The notes beneath the pieces are model-generated. The model worked only from the letters and a program-made list of their open reading frames with translations, was not told where the DNA came from and made no database searches. A DNA stretch of 50,155 nucleotides from Pseudovirgaria hyperparasitica (lineage: Eukaryota), in NCBI GenBank assembly GCA_010093815.1, contig ML996582.1; one strand, given 5' to 3'. Position 1 is the stretch's first letter. Every line of letters begins with the position of its first letter. The position numbers and the translations under genes are program-made. Shown in pieces: positions 12,001 to 22,400 of the stretch.

Positions 12001-14479
12001 ATCCTCGTTCGCAGTCCCTTGCCATCTGGTGAAACATAAAGTACAGCCCACCGTTCGGCACAAGGATGACAAGAACCAGAGATTGCATCCACGCCGCCAA
12101 GGATACGAGACATCTCAGAACAAGCTAGTCGTAGCCGGCGGCCGTAGTCTTCTGTGGGCTCTATCTTGGCTGGCCCTGGGTAACGGTGGGCAAGTGATAT
12201 CCTTTCCGGGTCATCTAGTAAAGGCTCTCGGGACGTATTCTCACTTGTCATGGAAGAGGCAGACATACTCAGGACGGAGCTAGCGTCACCAGAAGAAGAC
12301 CGTGGTCCAGTCCGCATCGGCATTGATACCCCAGATAGTGACGATGCTCCCGACGCCAGTCCACCTCGCCGTATAGAGTCTTTATCAGTGCCACTTGACT
12401 GGGGACGACGCTCAGGAAACAGTGTATGGACCATGGTAACGATGTCCGAAGGACAAACCACGATGAAGGGCTGTACTTCAACTGTCTCCCGCGGCGAGGT
12501 AATGGCCTTAGCAGGTAAGAGCACAGGTTTTGACCGGCTCCGGTTATACTTCAGACGTCCAGTGATGCTCTCCACACGTGCCCTTATCTCTGGCAGAACT
12601 GTAGATGGTTTATTCCTGTGCAAAAGTTTAGAGTTTGACGCGACATCGTACACGTGACACCTACCAGTTCATCAAGACGTCGAGTGCGTACTTCGAGGCG
12701 CGAATACCAATCTCCTTGAGGATCTTCTGTCTGGCATGCTCGCTGATGTGATGACCGGTCATAATTCCTTGCGTCTATTGAGGGGTAAGCTTGATTATCT
12801 TGGATGGGCGAAGCGGCTAGACTGACCTCCGGATGCACTATGCTGCTGAGCAGATGCGAAGCGAAGAACCATCTGCCTACTACAAGGAATTGACCCTTCG
12901 AACGGTGCTTAGTGCCTTCCAACTTTCGCAGGAATATGGTACCTAGTTCGAGAAAACCCTCTGGTAGACCTCCGGCTGCTGGTTCATCATCGATAACTTC
13001 GAATAGCTGCTTGACTGCGGAATCATAAAACTCATCGGCCGCGATGGTATCTTTGGTGCTCCGAGCTTCTTGTTGCCCTGTCCTAGGTCTCTGTGCTTGC
13101 TCTTCTGCCTTGTCCAACAGAAATTGGCCATCCTGGAGGACTTTCATCAAGTAGAGTTCGAGATTAACTTTTCCAGGCCATTCGCGCATTCCGGTCCAAA
13201 CGTCAAAGACAGCCTTGATGAACTTTTCAAATCCAGGGACACCTTCTGAGAGTAATCTAGCGCATGTGGTAGCCCAGACGTCTGTACGCCGAGAGTCCTC
13301 CACGGAATCTGGCCCAGACGAATTCGCGAAGACAGTGTAAATGAGAGCGGCAAGAGGATCATGTCGTTGAAATGACAGTAGTCGCTCTACTGAGTTTGGC
13401 CCGGGGGGTTGAGATGATCTAGGGGTTGTGTTGATCGGTTGACCACGTATTTGGCGTGCCATAACGGTATCAATTGGGTCCATGACTTGACGGAAAGATG
13501 TCATGGACGCAAGCTCTGTCTGGTTCAGGCCGGTGACTCGCGTCGCGAGAAAGTCGGGATTGGTTCTTATTTCAGAAAGGAAATCCAGCAGGTCATCCCG
13601 AATTTTGACAGGTATCTCGTGCATAAAAGTGGAAAAGGACTGCTCACTCTTTCCATGCTTTTGTTTCATAATCTCTAGGTCGGGTTCCAACAGAGCATAA
13701 CGCCGTGTTGCATCACAAGAGTTCCGAACGTCATGAAGGGCATTATAAAGCGTAGCAAAACCTTTCTTGTCATCTGCCCTGAAATGATCAACTAGTGTAC
13801 GATGAGCCAGCTCACCACAGTGCACTAAGCGTGCAGACAGAGCGCTCGACACTAGCCATCTATGCAACCTAATTCGCGAGTGTGACCTCCTCTGCTCCTG
13901 AAAACCGCTAAGACGGATGAGGTGGGCAAGTTCTGCTAGAGAGGTCGAGGAGGGAGTCACAGCTGCAGTTGGCAGATACGCTTCGGAGTAATGAGAATGA
14001 TCTTGTGGGAGTAGCGGGCGCGGTATGCGGCCTGCTGGAGCAGAGGTTGAGGATATTATGGACGGTCGCTGGAGAATGTTCGAAGGTCGCTCCTTGTCGA
14101 CGGGTCCGCCAGGGCGGCTCCCCATTGTCGAAGTAGGGTTGAGCGGAGACGACGACCTTGACGGACTCTGAGACCGAGGCGGGAGGCCTGAAGTAATGTC
14201 ATGAGAATCAGCCAGGGGGATAGAAGGCGTGTGGCTTCGAGAAGAGAGGCGAGAGATGGTTGGTGACACGGCTGTTCGTCAAGAAAGGTATGTTAGCCCT
14301 GCCAACACATCATACAGAGCGCATAAGCTGAACAGACACGATTGGGCCGCGGAAGGACCAAGGCTCGAGGGAGGAAAGAATAGAATTCACATACGCGGAG
14401 GAGAGTCACGGCGGGCTGGAGGAGTGGAGGAGCGCGCGGATGTTTTATTCATCCCGCCATGAGAAATGAGGCCCGACAT
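9003..14479 (-). CDS. ~1750-aa protein; putative RasGAP-like + VPS9-like + SEL1-like architecture
   Basis: Exons 14479-14395, 14271-12827, 12774-12665, 12615-9003 (5253 nt, frame-consistent, GT..AG introns) join the 561-aa and 1216-aa ORFs. Alternative start at 14452. Domain calls are by-eye motif resemblance only. Confidence 0.8.
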
Positions 14480-14641
14480 AGATCTCGAGGCGATGCTCGA
14501 GCTTGTCAGGCAAAGACTGTGTATTTTCGCATATCGCTAATGAATGGTAGGTACGTAGAGGTCCGAGAAAAGATCCCTATGCAGCGCTGGAGCGGTGGAT
14601 TGGGTGTAGGACCGATGTGTTGGCAGTTCGAGGGTCCTGCC

Positions 14642-14661
14642 TTCGTTCGTTCGTTCGTTCG
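14642..14661 (+). repeat. (TTCG)5 microsatellite upstream of the large gene; a (GGGCT)n tract lies near 14958-14980
   Basis: Directly visible in the sequence. Confidence 0.8.
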
Positions 14662-16609
14662 AGGTTGATGGGGTCTATTATCGATAAGCTGGGGAAGTGG
14701 GAGACCGGAGTGTTTGCGGGAGTGTTGGCGCCAGTAACTACGAACAAATCCAGTTGGTGTGTGTATGTATGTCTGTATGTATTGTATGTATATAAGTGGC
14801 AGAGACGGGCGTGGATGCGGGCGGGCTTAGGCAGACGGGCGATTGGCTGGCAATAGCTGCGAACGGTGGCTAGAGAGCCTATTACCCTAATTACCTACAC
14901 AGCTCGAGCCTCGAGTCACGGTGTTTCCGCTTGGTGCTGTCCAAAGCTGGGCGGGGCGGGGCTGGGCTGGGCTGGGCTGGTGCAGTTGGCCATAGCCAAA
15001 GCGGTCAACAAAACTGGATGGTCAAAGACTGAGAATGCACAATGAACGTGTTGCGATCAGTTAGTGTTGCGGCTGCTACGACGATTTGCAGTCAATTTCT
15101 GGAACACGACGATGTACACTCAGCACTCAGCACTCAGCACGCACTCGCCAAGCAGTGGCGATGGCGACGGCGACTGCAACAACGCATGCTGGCCAGAGGA
15201 ATTACTACGGTAGACAGACAGCAAGCCGGAGTAGCAGCGTGTGCCCGTTGATCCAGAAGCTGATGACTTGCAGGCCAGCACATTCAAACCTTGAAACCTC
15301 GCGTGTCCAATGAGCAATGAGGATGCATCTCCAGTCAACAAACACTGTCACGACAATGACTGACTGCCAAATGAGCCTGCATATTGCCTCGTGCGCTACA
15401 GCCTCCACCTAATCACTCGTTCGTGGACGTTTTTCCCCTAGCCCACGACGCCAACGGCAGACGAAGCCATAATATTGCTTGCACTTCTCGCGTCCCATCA
15501 TTTGGAACAGTATGCCAGTGGGTCTTCTTATGGCAGCATTCCTATTCTAGTATTAATTATTATTAGTCTGTGTCGATTTCTCTTTCATCGACGTGGCTTA
15601 GGATCGCTAATTTCGTGCCGGGTGGCTTGTAGCGAATGCAGGCTTCATCACACGGCGGCCCATTCTGCGGCCGCTCCTATGTTTGATTCATAACAGAAGA
15701 ATCCTGTACGCCCAAGAACACCATCAGCGCGCTCGCTTGAATATCATCTTGCTTATCTATCCCCAGTCCATGCCCGAATCCGTTTGTTTCAGTACGGTTT
15801 AAATGCCCTCTGACTTCTTCCTCTTCCCGACTACGACCATGCTGTGGCAACCAGATGACTCGACTCGTTTCGTGTGCGTAGAGATGCCACCAGTTGAGCT
15901 TAATTCGCGTGATGATGCGCTGGCAGAAAGCTGCAATGCAAGGCCTCCCTAGGGGCTGCGCCCAATGAAGACAGGTTCTGAACCTGAAGCGAACGCTTTC
16001 CTCGTCCAGCACCTACAGTATCCATGCCAGGTCTGCTTGCCACGCGGCCATCTAGGTGAGAACTTAATTCTGAGCTCTTATCCGCCCGTTCGCTGAAGCC
16101 CATTTTCTCTCTTCATCTCAGCCAATTCCAAACCTCCAACGTTACTCTACGACCAGTTTTGGGACGTTTTGGGTTGCGCTTGCATATCTTTTCAATCATG
16201 AACTTCATGGCTAACATTCCGTTGACCCTTGGCTTGCTGCAATGCCAGACGGGACGCTTGCCAACGCCATCAAGCGACCCCACAGCCTGATCAATGTGAT
16301 GCATCGTATCAATATGATTACATGCATCGAGCCAGCTGACTGAGGGGTTGTAATGTCAACTATCCAGAGCACCAGCCCTCAATATCCTGGTATGTAATTA
16401 GTATGCAGCTTGCAACTGTCATGCTGCCACAACTTAGCTGTGAACGCCTCGACATAATGCGGTTGCTGCTGTGCTTGTGTTGTCATCTTCAGTATTACTA
16501 GTAGTACATTTGAGTCGTTGATGTATCGATCCATTAATTCACCGCACCAAGGTCGATCAGGCTGTAGTTTGGGACGAATGGCAAGACCTAGTTTGTCCTC
16601 GGAGCTCTG

Positions 16610-17936
16610 TTACATATTCCTGATAGCTTCGCGAAGTAGAGGCGCCACTTGTTTACGACTATGTTCCACTCTGCGCTGCCACCATACCGTTCTCCAAACA
16701 TTCACCTCTATCTTATCTATAGAGCCGTCTGGGCCTTGCCAGGTTTTGAGGCCAAGATTTCGGGTGTTGATCTCCATAAAATGTCTCGCAGCTTCAATCC
16801 CTTTCCTAGTGAACGCCCACAGTAACAGCTCCCTCTGGAGTTCCCCTGCCGACGTAGACGAAGCAGTCATCAGAGCAAATTGCCCGAGCTGTCTGTACCG
16901 TGCGAAGTCGCGTACGGACGCTAAGAAAGCTTCACTGCTACTCTCTGTACCAGAGGTCTCTCTCTTAGCCTTCTCCTGCATGAACTCGATCGGCTTGACA
17001 ACTGAGCTGATACCTAAAAGAAGACCGTTTTCGTCCCATTGCTTGTAGTCCTTTTTCAAGATGTCATGCAAGGTGAGGCGCCCAATATCTTTCTTGGCGT
17101 TGTCGATCTGCTCGAAAAGTCGATTTCTGTTGAAAGATACTGTTTGATCAGCGTGACTCTTAATTTTGGCCTCAAGATAGTTCATCGCCTTCACGTCATA
17201 CTCAGTAGTCTTCTGATTTGCTGTCGCGTTGGTAGTGTCGATAAGCACAGACGCAAGCGCGAGCTTGGCCAGCTGTGCGTCCCATAAGGACTTTTCGGAC
17301 AAGTTATCTGCCTCTGAGGAGATAACATCCCAAGTTTCACGTAGATAGCCAGTCACAAGTGAGGTGCAGCTGCCTGATTTCTTGATGATGCGAGGCTCAT
17401 CTCCCGTATCAAAAGGTACCCTGTTTTCCTCGTCATGGTGGTCGATGACACCACAGACTTGTCCAGTATATACAACACCTAGCTTGCCCTGTAATGCATT
17501 GTGGTCCACCAGTATCCACCTTGTGTTCTCGGGCACCAGGCCATATTCGACGGAGCTCAGTTCCGGCAGGTCGTCCAGGGTAATCAGATGGTCAGCCTCC
17601 AGATTGGCATGGGTTAAGAGGGCTGCGAATTCTGGGCGGAGGGCTATGTCTGCGGCAGGGATATTCGTAACTGGGATATACAGTGAAGTGAAGGCTTGCT
17701 TTGGGGGTGCAATCGAACGCAAGTACGAGAAAAGCAGCGAGCATGTTAAGGAGTCTAAGTCTGATACACAGTTTAGTGAACTATACACGACAGCAACCCT
17801 AATCTCCTATGCCGTACATACCTGCAGACTCGTTGCCAATCACAAGTGTAACACGCTCCTTTTTAACAATCGCGGATCTCAGAGACGATTTCGCATGAAT
17901 GAGAAAGTCTCGAAGTGGACTGCGTGGAAAAGCCAT
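16610..17936 (-). CDS. PPX1: Exopolyphosphatase (DHH/DHHA2 family)
   Basis: Exons 17936-17822 and 17760-16610; the intron joins VIGNESA|DLDS. Motifs LVDHN, IDHH, GSCTSLV, KDYK and SRKQVAPL. Confidence 0.93.
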
Positions 17937-18384
17937 TCAAGATTGGGACACAACAGGCTGATAAGTGATATTAGTACTAGAGCCTACCCGCCCGGTAAGA
18001 ACCATATACGTAGACGTACCGTCGCAAATGATACATGGCTGATTCTATCGCAAACCCGAGCACTTTGTTAGGTGACACGGACGGTGACGACCGAGGGACA
18101 GGCAGGCTACTTGCCAGGTGGTCTTGGCAAATCGCAATTACTTTACAAAGGTACCATACCTACCTAAAATGCCGATATCTATCCTGCTATAACTCTATAG
18201 GTAGTTAGTTTCACCTTGGCCAAGAAGTCGAGTCGAGTTCAGTTGGAAAGAAGGACCAAGATTAATCTTTAGGACGTTACGCTACCAGACTTTCTACTCG
18301 CTAAAGCAGGACACAGCATAGGCAAGTAAGCACACCATTTCTGAGAAGATATAGATATCCATAGGCAGTGCACAAGTCGAATAG

Positions 18385-19181
18385 TCATAAAAGCTCTATG
18401 GCTCCTTCAAGAACTCCCTTACGGCTTCTTAGCCTTCGAGCAAGGAATTGCATGATCGGTAGCATTTCTTCTCGATTACGCGGCATTCCATCCGCATTTC
18501 TCTTCCATTCCTTGACTTCGGAATACTGATATGTGTCCTTCAAACGGGCTAGAGCACTAGCAGGAACCTCTGACGAAATGGCAGCCTTGCATAAGAGAAC
18601 CGGGGTCCTACTCTTCTTATCGATGGGCAGCATCGGTGCTGAGTCTGGTAACCAGCCTGCTATGCACACTATCCCTCCAAGCTCTTCATCTTGTAGCTCT
18701 GCGCCTACTTGCAGAGCTGCCATACCACCCTGCGAATAGCCAAAGAACAAGATGTCTCGATATTCGTAGCCACATCCTTCTATCAGTGCCCTTTGCACTA
18801 CCTCTTCGATGATAAGTTTTGCAGACGCCCTAAAGCCTGTGTCCTTGTTCATTGCATCAGAGGAGGGTTCAAAGTAAAGATCATCGCCCCAGTGGAAGCC
18901 TCCAAGGTCGAACGGTAATGGTTTCGGTGCACGAATGGAGATACAAACTGTTTCAGGTAGGTTCATCTGCCGACCAAGGTTCGTAAATGGTACATGGGTG
19001 TCACCGAGGCCATGGAGGAGGATGAGGACATTAATGGGCTGCTGAGATGAAGATGCTGGCTCAAGGTCTGTCAGTCGACTGAACTGTGGCTCAAGTATAC
19101 GATCGACTTACGAGGCGTGATGCTGAAGGCGATAGGCTTACTGAAGGCGAAATCGGCCTCGTTTGGCAACCTGCCAGGCAT
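18385..19181 (-). CDS. Phospholipase/carboxylesterase (abhydrolase_2, acyl-protein thioesterase-like) family protein
   Basis: Exons 19181-19112 and 19055-18385. Motifs ILLHGLGD and GYSQGG (nucleophile elbow). Confidence 0.85.
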
Positions 19182-19468
19182 GGCGTCTCGACGTTGTGAA
19201 GAGCGAATTTATACGCGCAATCGAAACGCCAACGGGTCCCGGCAGGTTGATAGGGCCTACCTATCTATTAGCGCACCTGCTCACCTGTTTATCTATATAG
19301 CTAAGACTTGTTATAACGATAACCAATATAGCGATAAACTTTGGATGATAACTAAACGAAAGTTACTTTCAGAGTAAAGCTATCATTAATACTCTTAATA
19401 GCTATTATAGAAGATATACATATATATATATTAGTTTAGAAATACTTTCTATTATTAGATATGTATAA

Positions 19469-22400
19469 TAATAATAATAATATTAGTAAACTAGGTAGAG
19501 TACTACTCTATAGGCGCATGCCTCCTCTAGTCTAAGCTACTATATAAGAAGAAACCTACGAATAGGAAAAACTCCCTTATATCTATAACTACGCTCTATC
19601 TATCCTCTCGTTCTTTATATATATATAGCCCTAGGGGCTACCTATAGGCCTATAGCCTATATTATAATAGTTTACCCTTAGGTAGCACGTATAGATACGG
19701 AGATTATTAGTTAAGGGCTACCCTTAACTAATAATCGCGGTTCTCCCGGGGTTCTTCCGACGTATACCGGGGTTCTTCTAGTATATATTAGGCTTCTTCC
19801 GGTATATATACGCGGGTCTACTAGAACTAGGGGAGAGGAAGATATATAAGCATCCATTAGGCGACGTTCTTAGGGTATTTATTAAGCTATCGCGTGATAT
19901 CGGAGGTCCTCGTTATATAGACGAGGGCTTATCTTAGGGTATATAGGCTAGAGCACGTCGCGAGGTAGTGGCGTATTATACCTCTCTAGCCGTAGTCCTC
20001 GTACTAGAGAGATATATCTAGGACGCCTCTCTAGTAGAGATAATATAGGAGGCCTATAGCGCCTATTCGGGCTTAGAGGAGTATAGATGCTTAGGCCTTC
20101 GTTAGCCCTTTATATATCTATTTACTTAGTTCCTTCTAAGGCCCTTAGATCTATTCTAGATACCTATCCTATTAGGAGGCCCACTAGGCTTTAAGTATCT
20201 CCCTCTATTTATCCTAGATCTATAACCGTATAACGCGGCTAAGCTTCTTAGGGTTCTATTAGCTTAGAACGGTATCTAGGTTATTTTAAACCTCCTATAC
20301 GGTCTAGCTCGAGTCCGCCTCTATATAGTATTTATATTATACTCGAGTTTATCCTATAGTAGGGAGGGCCTAGTAATACGCGTAGATACGTGTACGTAGT
20401 ACGGCAAAGGTATATACCCTATCTCCTCTACGTTCTTATACTTATTATTTAGTAAAATATATAAGTCTCTATATCTAGTAGAAGTCCTATATACTCGTTA
20501 CGTTTATCTCGCGTTAGAGAAGCGTTATATTAGTAGCTTTATATACGCTAGAGATAAGGCGGAGTATACGGTTTTATATAGACTTAAGCTTTACCCGCCG
20601 AGCTTATATAAGGGCCGTATACTAGTACTCGTGTCCGTATATAAAGGCTAGGCGTGCTAGGGAGATATATAGCTGTCTCGCCTTATCCTAGGCTATTCCC
20701 TATATAGATACCGTAATCCGGTGTATAGCGGTTTCTATCTAGAGGGCTCTAGAGACGGCGTGTGCCACCTATGGTCTCTATTTTAGCTTATTATCGATTA
20801 TAACGCTAAGTACACGTATACTCTATACTAGTAGTTCTATAAAGGCGTCGATTTAGGGGCGACGTACCCCCTCCCTAGTAGCCTATCCTCTATAGCGGTT
20901 AATAAAGTATATAAGCTAGTATTTTTTAGGTGTGAATTTTACTCCGTGGCGCTTTACCTACTAGACGTATTTCTCGTGGTCTCGTTCGAGTCGTGTATAT
21001 ATTCTACTAGTACTACTATCGACCGCGAGGAGGTATATATCGTCCGCGTATCCGACTATCTCTATATATTCTATTCTCTAAAGGAGGTCTACTATAAAGA
21101 AGAGGAAGAGGATCGGGGAGATAGTGCTCCCTTACGGGATGCCGTATACTATCTCCTTATATTCGCCTCGGTATCCGGGGATATATATTTAAGTAGTCCT
21201 TTATACGAGGAAGCACTATATAAATTATATAATCTACTTAGGTATTCGCCTTATCCGGAGGTTATAGATAAGTCTTATATAGTTTACCTTATTAAACGCC
21301 TCTACTATGTCTAGGGAGAGTAGCGTGACGACTCGTCCTTATTTCTATATAGTCTAGATAACCTCGAGGATATATTAAATAGCTATAATTAGGGAGCTTT
21401 CTATCTTCGCCTTCTGGTTTACTAGGAGAAGGCCGTGTACCTATACTACTATACTTATCTTCTTAGTAATCGTAGCTTCTAGTACCTTGCCTAGGTAGGA
21501 GAGGAGGGCGATCGGCCTCCATCCCTTCAGCGTATTTAGGCTCTTCCCTAGTTTTAGGAGTATAACCGTGTATACGGTTTAGAAGCTCTATAGGTAGTAT
21601 CCTATACGGGCGCACGCTTAGAATATATAGCCTATAATTAGTAAGGTCGCCTATATAGTCCTCTTAAGGCATCGATTCGGAATTCTATCTAGCCCGGGCG
21701 CTTTATCGTTCGGGAGTGTCTTAATAGTACCGAGTATATTATCGTCCGTGATTTCCCTAGGGATACTTATAGCTTCCGGGTATTCCGTGCCGTCGATATC
21801 TAATAGGTCTACGGGTTCTAGGAGAGGGAATATAATCTCTTATAGGATCTCTATTTTCTCGAGGCTTATAGAGTACGTCTTTTCTTAATATATAAGGGGA
21901 GGTATAAGTAGTATAGGTGTCGGGGAGGCGGTGCTTTTAGCCTATTTTACTATATACCATAGTCTAGTAGTATTACGTGTGTATCTATCTATAACTATAT
22001 ACTACTATTTACGTCGCTCGTTACGGAGGACTTTATCTTATTATCTTCTTATCTCTCTCTATTTATCCTACGCTTTAGGTATATAGTTATAGTATACGCG
22101 TCTATATAATCTCCGGACTTCTCGCCTATACTCTTATACTTAAGATATGCTTTTCGGGTCTAGGGGTCTATATATTCGGTACGGCACGTGTTTATCTCTT
22201 ACTCCCTAGTACGCCTATAGAAGTGTATTTACGGCCTGGTTAATGGCCGGGCCATTAGATACGTCGACTATAGACAGGTCTAGGATCGTCAATTCCAGGT
22301 CCTTTAGATACTTTTCCTAGTTAGTATCCTTCTATAGCTATCGCCCTCGTTAGTCTTAAGGGGTAGATACGTCTATTAAGGTCTCTATATATTCGTGGTC

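Noticed and set aside
14480..16609. Possible gene in the 2.1-kb intergenic region (several 60-111 aa ORFs)
   Set aside because: No motif or coherent exon chain; low-complexity repeats suggest promoter/UTR sequence. An ncRNA cannot be excluded.
596..18918. Many overlapping ORFs in the track (e.g. 968-1363, 3512-4099, 5280-5735, 7134-7616, 17364-18071)
   Set aside because: Antisense or alternate-frame shadows of well-supported genes, with no recognisable motifs.
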